Source: Epithemia pelagica (Eukaryota > Protista > Bacillariophyta). Taken from it: a DNA stretch of 64,000 bases. Where the stretch lies: assembly GCA_946965045.2 (NCBI GenBank), contig OX337236.1, positions 62,001 to 126,000 on the forward strand. Direction: 5' to 3'. The notes below the pieces were generated by a model, which was not told the DNA's origin, searched no databases, and saw only the letters and a list, made by a program, of their open reading frames with translations. How positions within the stretch are numbered: position 1 is the first letter of the stretch; every line of letters starts with the position of its first letter. The position numbers were made by a program, and so were the translations under genes. Of the stretch, positions 36,043-48,097 are shown piece after piece.

Positions 36043-37686
36043 TTACCATGGGCACTGGTACGACGACGAGGCGATTGATTTCGTGGTAGTCGATTGTTCT
36101 TGTACCGCGTCATTTGAGTCGGTGTGTTCGGACGAGTCATTGTCATTTGCATTCAAAGAAGAAGATTCATCCTCACTGTCGTCGTTCAATGATGATGGTT
36201 CCTTCGGACTCTTCTTTTTTGGTTCCTTATTGGTGATTGTCCATGACGACGATGGCGTGTCGGGTTCACCCGTCAACAAGTGCTGCCAGGCAGGCACAGC
36301 AAACGACATGGGTAACTGTTCTTCGGGTGGAATGTACCGATACGTGACTTCTTCTTCGTCGTCGTCGTCGTTGTCATTGTCATTTTCATTATCGGACGAT
36401 GCTGCGGCAAAGACCATGGTACAGAGTTGGGTCCGTTTCCAAACGGTCAAACTGTCGCGGACATGAATCCACGACTCCCCTAGAGGTACTTTGAGAATAC
36501 AATGAAAGTGAGCCGCCAATTCTTGTTGAAAGGCGGGACTGCTGGATCGTCCCCACGGAGCTTGGGGTAACGACAAGGAATCGCCATAGACTTCTCCCAC
36601 GTGAATGACAAAATCGCCGGAATAGGCCTGTAAACAAGCCAAACCCAAGGGAAGAGGATCCGGTTCATGGTTGTCCATATTGTCCGTGCTGTCGTCATCA
36701 TTATCATCATTTTCATCGGGATAACACAACAAGAGTGTCCGATCCGAATGGTGCGCCAAGACGTCCGGTCCACCGCGTCGAACAACAAGATCATTGTCGT
36801 TGCTGTGTTGCTTGCTGTCTTTTTGACGATTCTTCCTTGTTGTAGTTGTAGTAGTAGAAGAAGAAAAAGTCTGTCCTGCTGCTATTCCCAAGTGTCCTCC
36901 CGTTTGCGGAGACTTGTCATAACAGACAATATCAATCCCTTGTTGCCACAGGAGTTGTCCCCAATAGGCATTGGCGCCACATCCCAGTTCGACCAAGGGG
37001 GCAAACTGTCCTAGAATGCGGAGACTGATGGGACTGGGCACCGCCCAACTGTAGGCATTGACCAGGGCTTCTCCCAGGTCGGCTTGCTGTTCCCACAGCT
37101 GGGCCCGTCGTTCCGGCGAAACATGAGCATTGGAAAAAAAGTGCTGTCGTTCGTCCGATGAAAAATGGGTCGACAAAAAGGCTTGGAGCTTGTCGCGAAA
37201 GGGATTCTTGGCAAGAGGCCTGGACGTTGGTCGGGGTGGCCGAGGCATGCTGTCATTGTCGTCTTGGTCGTCTTTGGAAAGGGAGTGCCTGCCTTTTGTC
37301 TCACGTTCCGTAGTGGTGGCAAGAGATGCGTTCGGGTTTGTCTTGTGTTTTTTATTCTTGCTTGTTCCAGAGGAAGAATTAGAAGTAGTGGTGTCATTAT
37401 CATCATTGGTTCGTTTGTTTCGTCGTTGTTTTTTTCGTGGTCGTTCTGTCGTGCTTCCGAATGTCACGGAGGCCTTTGTGTGGTGGTGGTCGTCGTCGTT
37501 GCTTTGGATCTTGGACGTTGGTGCATCCTCATGGTCGAAAGTCTTGTTCGATTTGCCGCGGCCAATTTCTTGTTGTTGTTGGCTTTGTTTGTTCTTGAAC
37601 TTGTTTTTCTTTTTCTTGTTCTTGTTCTTCTTGTTTTTCGGACTGGCTTTGGTATTCGACGACGACGATGTGGTGCCACCTCCCAT
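36043..37686 (-). CDS. Uncharacterised protein with class I SAM-methyltransferase-like core and Lys-rich N-terminus, 547 aa
   Basis: YSWAVP, LVELGCG.NAYW (motif I-like), IVCYD, LLLCYP and VIHVGE. Long uninterrupted ORF. Confidence 0.7.
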   Translation of the reverse strand: MGGGTTSSSSNTKASPKNKKNKNKKKKNKFKNKQSQQQQEIGRGKSNKTFDHEDAPTSKIQSNDDDHHHTKASVTFGSTTERPRKKQRRNKRTNDDNDTTTSNSSSGTSKNKKHKTNPNASLATTTERETKGRHSLSKDDQDDNDSMPRPPRPTSRPLAKNPFRDKLQAFLSTHFSSDERQHFFSNAHVSPERRAQLWEQQADLGEALVNAYSWAVPSPISLRILGQFAPLVELGCGANAYWGQLLWQQGIDIVCYDKSPQTGGHLGIAAGQTFSSSTTTTTTRKNRQKDSKQHSNDNDLVVRRGGPDVLAHHSDRTLLLCYPDENDDNDDDSTDNMDNHEPDPLPLGLACLQAYSGDFVIHVGEVYGDSLSLPQAPWGRSSSPAFQQELAAHFHCILKVPLGESWIHVRDSLTVWKRTQLCTMVFAAASSDNENDNDNDDDDEEEVTYRYIPPEEQLPMSFAVPAWQHLLTGEPDTPSSSWTITNKEPKKKSPKEPSSLNDDSEDESSSLNANDNDSSEHTDSNDAVQEQSTTTKSIASSSYQCPW

Positions 37687-38419
37687 GTTGAATGTGCCTC
37701 AAAGATTTTTTGGGACGCGCGAGAAAACAAAAATGAGGGTCTCGTGTCTCGTGATTCGTGATGGCTCGATGTGTGTGCGTGTGATGTGTGGTTGACGTAG
37801 CTCTCGTCTCTCGTCTGAGATAACATCCCGAGCGACTAAATTAGTTGCTTCATAAGTACAGCTTCTCTCCGAATTGCGGACAGCGCCGTCTGCCACCAGC
37901 AACCGTCTGTGGGCGCGGCAGGCGTGGTCGCGGTTGTACTCTTTACCTCCCACTACCGACATCTGGACATGTCGTTCTGCACCCCCAAGTTCAAAAAATC
38001 ACCCGTCTGTCACGTGCCGCCGGCGCACGCCGCACGGCACTGCCATTCCAAACGTAAAGTGAGAGTCCATCTACATCTACTGCAGAGTTTTGTTTGGTGT
38101 TTGGTTTGCGCTGTCCATCGAGCGACAAAAAAAAAGACCAAGCGACCAGAGAGAGACGACGGTCGAGATACACACTAGAACGACTCAAAACAAAAAAGAG
38201 GAGGCAAGAAACAACAGTAGAAGAAGGCTGGCGTTGCAGCAACATCGTTCCGATTGAATTGTTGAGTTTCATTCGTAAAACCATCAAGCCTTTTGCATCC
38301 GCATTGTTGGACTCTTTCTCTCTGTCTCTGAACAAAAGCACCTCTCAAGACACACACCTACACACATCTCTTCCTTTCTATACAGTACACACACATACAT
38401 ACACAACGGTTTGGCCATC

Positions 38420-39733
38420 ATGTCCATGGCGGTGGGTTCCAAGTTGCATTTCCAACCGGGTTCGTGGTTGGAAGCGGGATACGAAGTCTTTATTGGTGCC
38501 GTCACTGGTGGCTTTCATTCCGTTTATTTGGTCAGTCGATGGTGGTATGCCAACCTCGTGCGACCCGTCTTGTCCGCGTGTGGTCTACGATTGTCCAAGG
38601 ACAAGGTCGTTCAATCCAAGGATGGACAAAAAACACTCAAGGTTGTGGCCGCCGGCTTTGGGAGAACTGGAACGGTACGTTCGACAAAAAGAGAAGAAGA
38701 GAATGACGACGACAGGACCGGCAGCATTGCCCTGTCGTATCGAGTGCGAGACGACGAATGGGTGTCTTGTGGATTCTCACATTGCATTTGTGTTTGGCTG
38801 ATGTACGTTTCTTTCTTCTGTCTTGTATACGATCAATAACTGAATGAATGAATGCCATTGTCTCTCTTCCTTGGATCGACGACGACACAGTATTCCCTCA
38901 CGTTAGCCTTGGAGGAATTGGGCCTTCCGACGTTGCATACGCAACACATGTACGAGCACGAAGCCATTTTGGGCATGTGGGTCGATACCATTTTCAAGCC
39001 GTCCATTGAGGCCAAGAAACGGAGCATGGGCAAGCCCGATTTGCAACTCATTACCTCCTTCGGCTATCAAGCCACGGCCGATTTGCCCATGGCCCTGTAC
39101 GTCGAACAAGTCATGGAAGAATTTCCCGATTGCAAATTCATTTTAACCACCCGCGAAAACTCGGAAGTCTGGTTCAAATCCTGGGATACTCTCACCAAGA
39201 CCATTACGCAACCGACGCATGTGGGAGGCTTTGCCTTTGACAGTGTCCGACAATTGTCCTTGTATTTGCGATGGTTGTATTCCGTCGTGAACAAGGATGA
39301 TACCTACTTGACGCATCCCTTTCCCTTGCCCGATCAAAATAAGGAGGCGGCCATTCAAAGTTATGAAGAACACAATCGACAAGTTCGGGCCATGGTACCT
39401 CCGGAGAAATTGTTGGAATACAATGTCAAGGAAGGCTGGGAACCCTTGTGTAGATTTTTGGAATTGGACGAATGTCCCACGACGCCCTTTCCCAAAACCA
39501 ATTCGGCGCGATCCGTTCAAGTCCAAGTCATTTCCGGTCAGGTCGTTCCCATTACCGTCGTTTTGATTCTCCTCTGCGTCGTCTTTGCCAAGGCCTTTAA
39601 ACACATGACGGGCATGTCAGTGGCCGAATGGAGCAATTGGAAAAGTAAGGAACTAATGATTTACCTCCGACGAGTCATTTTGGGTATGGAAGCCAGTCAA
39701 CATTGCGCACACCAAGTGCGCAAAAAGACGTGA
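38420..39733 (+). CDS. P-loop sulfotransferase-like protein (Sulfotransfer_4 type; exons 38420-38674, 38891-39733; about 365 aa)
   Basis: KVVAAGFGRTGT|YSLTLALEELG, D.P....E, KFILTTR...W..SW, VPPEKLLEYNVKEGWEPLCRFL and PFPKTNS; C-terminal TM segment. Intron 38675-38890 (GTACGT..CACAG). Confidence 0.85.
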
Positions 39734-40389
39734 ACCATGACGACGACGACGACAGGTTGATGAAGACGAAGAAGAAAGAACGACGTACAATGGAACTGTG
39801 TTTTGAGGGGTGGCACTGTTGGCTATACTGGTGGTGTGTATGTTATTTATCGTGGAGGCAGGACTGTTTTATTAGAATTACTGATTTTTATGCAACAACA
39901 ACAACAACGAGTGAAAGCGAAAACGAAGGAGCCGTCGTTTCATTCCTCCATGGCACCAAACGAAAGGCAATGATGACGACGGCACAAGACGAAAGTTCGA
40001 CAACAACACCAACTACTACTACTACTACTAAACGTGATGATTCTGTTACTTTCCGCTCTAACTATGTTGATGTCCTTGTAGGTAGGAATTGGTCCCATTG
40101 GGTGGAGGTGGAGTCCTTTGGTGGAACGGCACTACGTGGAGTTTGAAGCACACACGAGAACGCGCAAGGTGAATACACATCCTTGTTGGACATGCACAAG
40201 GACGACACTGCATCAGCTCGCGACTGGAATTCTATTGTCCAAAGAAGAAGGCGCAAGGGCTTTTGTGTGTGCCTGTACTATTCACATTCTAGTAGTTTCA
40301 ACTACCGCTACTTCCAAAAGAAGGCTACAGGTTCGTCATTGTAGCAAGGACATTGTTCTCTCCTATGTTCCAATCGGCTCCTTCCCAAT

Positions 40390-41226
40390 CTACGCTTCCT
40401 TGACGACTCCCACTTCGGCCGGTCGCAAGACGCGCTTGTGTAATACAAAGCCTGGTTTCATGAGTTGTCCAATCGTTCCGGCTGTTTTTTCCGGATCCGG
40501 ATATTCAAAGAGAGCATCGTGTTTGTTGGGATCAAAGGTTTCTCCCACTTCTCCATATCGTTCCAATCCATTCATGGAAAAGGCCTTGATGAGTCCCTTG
40601 TCGGTCATTTCAATGCCTTCGTACAAGGTGGACAAGACGGCCTGGGGACTGTCCGGTGCCACGGTTTCCGATGGTTTGGTCCGGTACTCGGCCGGGACCG
40701 ATTCCAAGGCCCGCGACAAATTGTCCGACACATCGAGCAAGGATTTGGCAAAGGATTTAATGGCAAATTGACGAGCCGATTCGACATCGCGGGAGGCAAT
40801 CTTTCGCGTATTTTCTTGTTCGGCATAGGACCGTAACAATTGATTCTTTAGTTCCTTGACTTCCAATTCCAACAATTCTTCCTTGCTTTTCGGAGCTTCT
40901 TCTTCTTCTTCTTCTTCTTTAGCAGCAGATTCCTCTGCGGCGGTATCCTCTTCCGGCGACGGCTCGGCAGCAGGTTCGGCTTCTGCTTCTTTCTTGGGTT
41001 CTCCTCCTTCGGATTTGGAGGATTCCGAACTCAACCACCGCAAAGCCTCGAACGAACGGTGTGTTGCAGATGTTGTGGTTGGATTCCATGCAGACGAGGA
41101 CGACGAGGAAAGAATCCGTGGTATCACCGAAAGCGATCGAACCGTGGCGACTCGACTGGATTGGATCGCCAGGCCACCATTTCCATGGACCAAAAGTTTC
41201 TTCCAAAGTATTCTACTGCTCGACAT
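40390..41226 (-). CDS. grpE: Mitochondrial GrpE nucleotide exchange factor, 278 aa
   Basis: LLRSYAEQENTRK, FAKSLLDVSDNLSRA, GETFDPNKHDALF and GFVLHKRVLRPAEVGV; Arg/Ser-rich presequence. Confidence 0.95.
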   Translation of the reverse strand: MSSSRILWKKLLVHGNGGLAIQSSRVATVRSLSVIPRILSSSSSSAWNPTTTSATHRSFEALRWLSSESSKSEGGEPKKEAEAEPAAEPSPEEDTAAEESAAKEEEEEEEAPKSKEELLELEVKELKNQLLRSYAEQENTRKIASRDVESARQFAIKSFAKSLLDVSDNLSRALESVPAEYRTKPSETVAPDSPQAVLSTLYEGIEMTDKGLIKAFSMNGLERYGEVGETFDPNKHDALFEYPDPEKTAGTIGQLMKPGFVLHKRVLRPAEVGVVKEA

Positions 41227-41896
41227 GATAATGATGGTGATGGGATGGATGAGGATTCCTTGTTTCTCAATGACAAGTCACACACTGTGGTTGCTTTGGA
41301 GAGAGAGTACACGTCGTTTGGCTCGTTTCTCGGCTTGGTCTTGGCAGATCTTCTGTTTTCTTCGTTGTCGTTTGTGGTTGGCAGCGGGTTTGGGGTTTGG
41401 GGAGAAAAGGAGAAGAGAAGATGAGTCGCTCCTCCATCTGTCAGTCACCCGCGATGACGTCATGGAAGGACGTCATCCGCGTGTCTGGAACGGGACGAAA
41501 AGAGCCGGGCGATGCAGTGTTCAACCCGTGTCAAACAGAATTTGGCTGTCTTGTATCCACCCGACTGGACAAGTCCCATCCATCTCAACCATCTCCAACA
41601 GATCTCTTGGATTGGTTCGTGCATTCGACAATGCAGGAATCAAGAATATTACGATATAAGAAACGACAATGGAAGGAACGGTAGCCATGGAGCAAAATGA
41701 ATCCATGGGAGCCGTACATTGGAAAAGTAGTATTGGATAAGATACACATCAATCACAATGGCTAGCGGTAGAATTAACACGTTGTACTGGAGCAAACATT
41801 CATCACACATAGGTCTCCTTCGTTCGTATCGAGGTACACTGCGTCTCCCAAAATTTGGGAATCGGCACATTCGGACAGAGGGGGTAGGACGGTCCT

Positions 41897-42853
41897 CTAC
41901 AACACTTGCGCATGGAGTTGGGCCACATGGCGCGCAAACAAGATGGACGCTTGACTGAGAAATTCGGACGAATGGCGAATTTCTTCCGTCACATTGACCA
42001 ATTCATCCTGCCAACAGGATGGAACAGCCTCGCCCCGTTGCATCTCTTGAACAGCCGCGACCAATTCCTTGCGTCGTTCCAAGACATCCTTGCCAATGGA
42101 TCGCACCATGATTTTTTCCAGACCCATCAAAGAAGCTCCACCGGTAGTTTGATACAAGTTGACCAAGGTGGCTTGGTCGTCGGGCGTCAAAATTTCCACC
42201 GACGATTCGTCCTCCGAGTCCATCAAGGAGGCACAACACGTGGCATAACTCTGGGTCAGCAATTGAATCAGAGTTCGAGCCCGATTGAGTTCCGTACTCG
42301 TCGCGGTCCGGGTCACGGTATTGGCCAGTTGAGAAGAAAAGAGACGAAATCGAAGATATTCTTCTCGACTGTACCAAAAGTCTCGTGCATGACGTACTTC
42401 GGAATCGTCGGGATGCGCGTACCATTGATTCATACCTTCGTCAAAGGTCACGGTACGTCGTGGTGGTCTCGTAGGAGGAGTCGTCAAAGGAGTTTCCTCT
42501 TGTTCCAGCGTTGTTTCGTTGTTGCTCCGTACTAAAGTGGATACATAGACATCAAACGGCGTATTGGAATCCGACGACAACAAGATTGGATCTTCCGAAC
42601 CACAGTCGACTTCGCTCTCCGTCACATCTGGATCGTACTTCGAGCATTCTTCGTGGTCACGAAAGGACTCTTGACTGACAATCGACGACAGGGAGCTGGT
42701 CGTGGTGTCATCGTCGGCTGTGGTGAGCGAACAGTGTTCGGCTCGCTGCTTGGGATCTGGGGCGTTGTCCTCCATGCTTTGGTCGTTCCTTCGTCGTCGT
42801 TGCGACAACGTCGTCCGCCGCTTGTGAATGGATTGCATCAGTCTCGTTCTCAT
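41897..42853 (-). CDS. Hypothetical protein with a VTF...WYSREEY..F motif, 318 aa
   Basis: Long ORF with host-like composition. The RRTVTFDE...WYSREEYLRF...MGLEK pattern is one I associate with expanded diatom hypothetical families; not verified. Confidence 0.65.
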   Translation of the reverse strand: MRTRLMQSIHKRRTTLSQRRRRNDQSMEDNAPDPKQRAEHCSLTTADDDTTTSSLSSIVSQESFRDHEECSKYDPDVTESEVDCGSEDPILLSSDSNTPFDVYVSTLVRSNNETTLEQEETPLTTPPTRPPRRTVTFDEGMNQWYAHPDDSEVRHARDFWYSREEYLRFRLFSSQLANTVTRTATSTELNRARTLIQLLTQSYATCCASLMDSEDESSVEILTPDDQATLVNLYQTTGGASLMGLEKIMVRSIGKDVLERRKELVAAVQEMQRGEAVPSCWQDELVNVTEEIRHSSEFLSQASILFARHVAQLHAQVL

Positions 42854-43892
42854 GCTGTTTTGTGTGTGTGGAATGTTGACTTGAAGAATTTGTGCGGAAT
42901 AATGACTTGAATAAACTAGACAAGCAGGAATCGTTCCACTGGTGAATCAAGGAAGTCGTCGTCTTGTCCGGACACACAACAACTGTGCGATGGATTCAAT
43001 CACACACACGCTGCAAACCAACGAGAGAGGAGACCCAAAAAAAGTGTGTTCCTATTAATAACACACACTTGAATAATAATCGCTTGGCGAAAATGTGTGA
43101 ACGACACGTGACTATCGAACGAGGAGAGAACGGTTTTTTGCCCCCGTCGCTTCCCAAGACTTGCTCGTTCCACACGCGAGTCTTGGGAAGGAGGCACAAA
43201 CCGTTTGTCTGTCCGGTATTCCACCACAGAATTGCCCCCAACGGTCCCCAAACTCTTGTTTGGTCTTGTAAGATTGCGTGGGCTTCATTAACGATCTGGC
43301 GGCACGCTTGTCCGAAGCGATCTGGTGAAGCGCTATAATGCGGATTCATGTCTTTGAGACATGGATGAGACAGCATGAATTAAGTTTTGCGACGTTCAGT
43401 GATACGAATGATCCATGTGACGAGGATTACATACAAACGTTGGTACTCTACGCCCGCCAGATTTTTACACTATTGCCTTCCGTGGCGCGCCGACCGTCCC
43501 AGATTCTTGTCGAGGTTGTCCACACGACAGACACACATCCATCCCAGTTCACAGAACAAAGATGGCGAAATGCGAAATGGACCATGACCGGATGCCTCCT
43601 CCAAGAGTACAGCAGGATTCAGGATTCTCGACAACCACATACCCCAGACCCCTTGCTTGTTCTTGCCCTCCTCCTGAAAGTGGTCGAAAAGAGGATGGGT
43701 TTGTTCGTTCGCGTCAAGAGTGGTCCACAGGACGTTCTGTTCAAGTATATACCATGACAACACATACAAGAAATGCGATCAACCCACAATGGGATCAGTA
43801 GTTGTTTATGCCTAGAGTCGGTAGAGATAGATATGCTACCAAAAGTCATTCGACAAGAGTCTACTCTATACTATACTGCTCCGACTCTCTCA

Positions 43893-46800
43893 TTATGCAG
43901 GGTCAATGTAGGGCCGAGCCTTGTTGGCGGTCGAGGTATGAACCAGGCTTTCCAATCGAGCCTTGGCATCTTTCAAGAGTTCGACCAAATCGGCCAATTG
44001 TCGGGATTGTTCCACAACGCACTCAAATTCTTTACCAGGAATCAACTGTTTGGTTTCGGCAATGACGTGATGCGGTCGATTCATCCAGAGAGCCGCGTCC
44101 ACGTCCACGACGCCCAATTTTTCCAGCCGCCGTTTTTCGGCTCGATTGCGACGAGAAATCAAAATGCCAATGCAATAGTGACACATGGTAGTATCTTCTC
44201 CCTCTTCCGGTTCCTTGACGGTAAATCGTTGCAACAAACAGGGAAAATGAAAGGATCGGGTACAAAAACTACACTTGAACAGGGGAGCATGTGGAATTTC
44301 TTCATGGGTGCGTTGTTTGCACAAGACGCATTCCGTCTTGTGCACAATTTCCTCGTCCTTCTTGTCCTTGTTGTGTTTGAAACTAGGATATCGACCCGCC
44401 ATGACTGACCGTAATATAGTATATAGAAACCAAACAACAACAACATGAAAGCATTCCATAGATTGGATCGTGAGGAAAAGACGGTTTCCTCTATGACAAA
44501 CAAGAACCATGGTATAAAACCAACCATGAAAATGTACTCACCTTCGGCCACCAACACGGTATGGTCTACAATGGTAGGTAACGGTGGCGGTGGGGGTATG
44601 CTATCCACAGTGGTGGACGGTTTGGTAGGAATATCCTGTTCCGGATGGAGTGGAACAGACTCATTTTCCTGGGGTGTCTTGGTGGTAGTGGTGATGGTCT
44701 CCTCGTCGTTCAGCCTTGTGGCAACATCTAATTGTGTCTCGACCATTGGTTCGGTTGCGATTGGTTGAGACGTTGTTTCACCCAATAAGGACGGGGGTTC
44801 GGCTTGTGTGGCAAACGTATCCGGATAGATACGGGGGTTTGTTTCTGACAAGCAAGGTTCCAAAGGCACATCCTTTGGATCGTTTTCCTCCGTTGTTGGT
44901 TCATCCAGATGTGGTTCTTCCGTAGCTGTCGTCATTTCGTTGTTTTCTTCGTGATTGGCTTGGTCGTCTTCCTCCTCCTCCTTGGGATGGGTCTCTGTTT
45001 TCTTGGGTATTCTCTTTCCTTTCTTTTTCTTCTTTTTGGGTTTGGGAATGACAAACTTTTTGAACTGTAGGGCCTGAAATACTTTAGGATACATGGGTCC
45101 AAGGGCTTGCGATTGCAACAGTTTCCATTCCCAACTGAGTTGTTCCAGGACAATGCGTGGGTCGACAAACTTTTCATCCGCCTCGATTCCCGCAAAGGAC
45201 CTTATCTCTTTACCAGTCTTGTCCCGCTCTTTCTTCTCAGTGTCGTTGTTGTTGTTTGTGGTGGCGGCAATGACGCTCTTGGGTTTGGGTGGATTCTTTT
45301 TCTTGTTTTCCTGCTCCACCTTGTACTTGTGATACAGGACCACTTCGCGTTGGACCTGTTCCAATTGTTGTTGCCGTTTGAGGCGGAATTCTTGAGCCTT
45401 GCGGGTACAGGACACGTGTTGAATGTGATGGACCATGCCCGCCTTGGATTCGAACGATTGTCCACAGGTGGGACAGGAAAAGAGTTCGGCCTGCGGATTG
45501 TACAATTGAGTCAATTCGGAACGAGGAACAAACAAACGAACAACGGTGGGTGTTGGGTTGGTCGTCGTCCACATGGGTGTACAGTCCACGCCTTGGACTC
45601 GTTGACGCTCGTCGGGAACCAAAATGCATTCGACAATGCGATTGGCAAAGGAGGCCGGTGGAAGGGACGCATCCTCGATAGGTGGTGGTCGTTTGGAGGA
45701 CGCCAAGGCAGCGACTGCCTCTGGCTGGGGTTGAATCAGTCCAGCTTGGTAGTCCTTACCTTGAAAACATCCCGGCCAAATCGGACGAGAAACCACAACG
45801 GCATTTGTTTCTTCCTGCATAGTGTTGTTTGTGGTCCGAGCACTGCCGGTCGGTATCATCTCATCGCGGTCCATATTCAGGGCGGTGGTTGCCTGCATGT
45901 TATTAGTGTTCTGGTCCATACTCGCAGTGTTGTTGTTGTCATTCGTATTGTTGTTGTGCAATTCGTCGACAACCTCCATAACAAGATCGTCAATCTCCTT
46001 GGATGCCACGGTTGTGGGGTGCTGGGTCTGGTCGTCTCCATCGTCATGGACAGTTCCTCGGTCCGTTTCGGGAGCCTTGTCCGGTTTGTTCTCCTCTTCA
46101 GCAGTGATAGGTTTGTCTTGGTGACTCCTGTCGTTGTCGTGGTTGAAATCATGATGATACTGATATCGATTGAGTTGTTGTCGATGCCACGTGTGATGGA
46201 CTTGTCCTTGCAAACGGACCCGTTGGGTTTGCAAGAGTCGCTTGTGTCGCGCGGCTGCCACTTGGCGTTGCGACGGTGGTGGTTTTTTCGTGGACTCGGA
46301 TTCGTTCGGTGTAGTGGTTGCAGTAGTTTTGTTGGGTGGTGGCTGCGCAGTAGCGCGATTGTCGTGAACGACTTGCACGACCATGCCACCCCATTTGGGC
46401 AAGACAAAGCAACGACCCGGTTCCAAGAGACCAAAGGGTTCTTCCTTGTGAACCGCCTTTTGACAGACGCGTTTTTCTACAGACCAATAACAAATGACAG
46501 GAAACAAGCAACGATGAGCGACGAGAACATCAAAGTGTTGCGCGCGCAGTTCCAACCAATCATGAGATTAGAACGCGCAAGTATAGAGGTTGCCGACATA
46601 CACACAACCTCGTATAGAATCTAGTACGTACCGGCATGATAGGTCATCCCCAAGACGGAGGTAAACACGCGTTGACAATGCGGACAGGTGCGATCGGCCA
46701 ATTTGCCGCGAATCTTCTTGTAGGTTTTGGGCTTGTTGTTGGTGTCCATCGAGTCCTTGTTGTTGTTCTTGTCGTCGTGGTGGGGAGTGTCGTCCGGACG

Positions 46801-47664
46801 AGGTCGTTTGCGTTTGCCACGTTTGACGGGTCCTCCAGGACGTTCCGTAGGACGACAGACAAAGTGCGAAATATGATAATTCAACCCCTTGACATTCAAA
46901 AATACTTTGGAACAATGCGGACAGGTCAAGTCTGTAGTGTTGGAGGAGGATCCTCCTTTCCGGTTGGCTTTGGTGGTCGTTCGTTTCTTCTTCTTGTGGT
47001 TGGATGTGGCACGGTCTGGCACATAGTCATCCGCGTTGGAATCCTCGTTGGGATCGTCATCATCGTTGTCTTGCTCCAACGCGTCCGTGTCCTGGTCGGA
47101 TGGTTCCCACACATCATCAGCGTCGTTGTCCTTGTTGGTGTGTGTGTCGCCAGTTTTGGATGTGACATGTTGCTGCTGTTGATCTTCCTCCTGTTCTGGC
47201 TGTTGTGACGGAGGATTGGAAGGATCCGATCCAGACTGCTTGTTGTTATTGTTGTTTTCCTCCTCCTTCTTGTTCTTGTTGCCCTTTTTGTGTGCAGATC
47301 GGACTCTATTACTGGAGGATGGTGGAGATTCTCGTTCTGCTTGTTGTTCGACCAAACGATTGGTACTTTTTCGTGCTCGCGACGATCGTCTCACCGGAGT
47401 GGCAGTCGACAAGGTATTAGCTTGGGGTGTGGTGGATTCCTCCTCCTCCTTGACTCGTTGTGTTGACTTTCGTTTCTTTGGGACGACATGAGCTGCAGCA
47501 TCTCCAAAGCCAAAATCATCATCCTCATCATCCTGGTCTTTCACGACAACGACGACCTCCTGGTTGGTTCCATCTTGATCCTCTTCCTGTTTTGTTGCCG
47601 TCGAACGCTCCGAAGTAGTTGTACGTTGTCGTGGCAGTCGCCGTCGCTTCGAAGCAGGTGCCAT
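43893..47664 (-). CDS. Chromatin-type protein with three C2HC-like zinc fingers and a C-terminal PHD finger (exons 47664-46632, 46476-44542, 44404-43893; about 1159 aa)
   Basis: Fingers CPHC..F....G..YH....VC (two copies) and CPTC..F....G..HH....SC. PHD: CVLC...CSFCTRSFHFPC...CHYC. Introns 46631-46477 and 44541-44405 are both phase 1, GT..AG. Confidence 0.85.
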
Positions 47665-48097
47665 GGTCGTTCGGTGATGAGCGAGATTGTCGACCGGAAG
47701 AAAGCGGTCGCGGAAACAGTTCATGACACTCTAATTCGTGGTAGTTCTGCGATCAACGCACACGTGGAACGGCGACCCAAAAGGTCGACGGAACCTCATC
47801 GGATGACGGACAGAAGTTGAAGTTGCAAAGACGCGGCCGTGCGTCCAATGGGAACTCTCATTCGACGCATAGAAAAAAAAGATCCTTCCAACACATCACA
47901 CACACACACTCTTTTGTTCTCGGTTTTGGTTCGACGACGACGGCCATTGACCAAACAACAACCACCACAAAAGAGTTGCAGTGCATTGAACTTTTGTAGA
48001 TTCCTTGGATCGATACATACAGTTCGGGTTTTGTCACACTATTGGATCCAATCCACCATCTCGTTTGTAGGATTTCATTCGTTTATAATTTGACACA

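Noticed and set aside
42964-43757. ORFs 42964-43338 and 43338-43757 with a TAATG stop-start overlap
   Set aside because: No recognisable motifs, and competing ORFs exist on the other strand. The overlap is likely coincidental, though 43338-43757 might be a real small gene.
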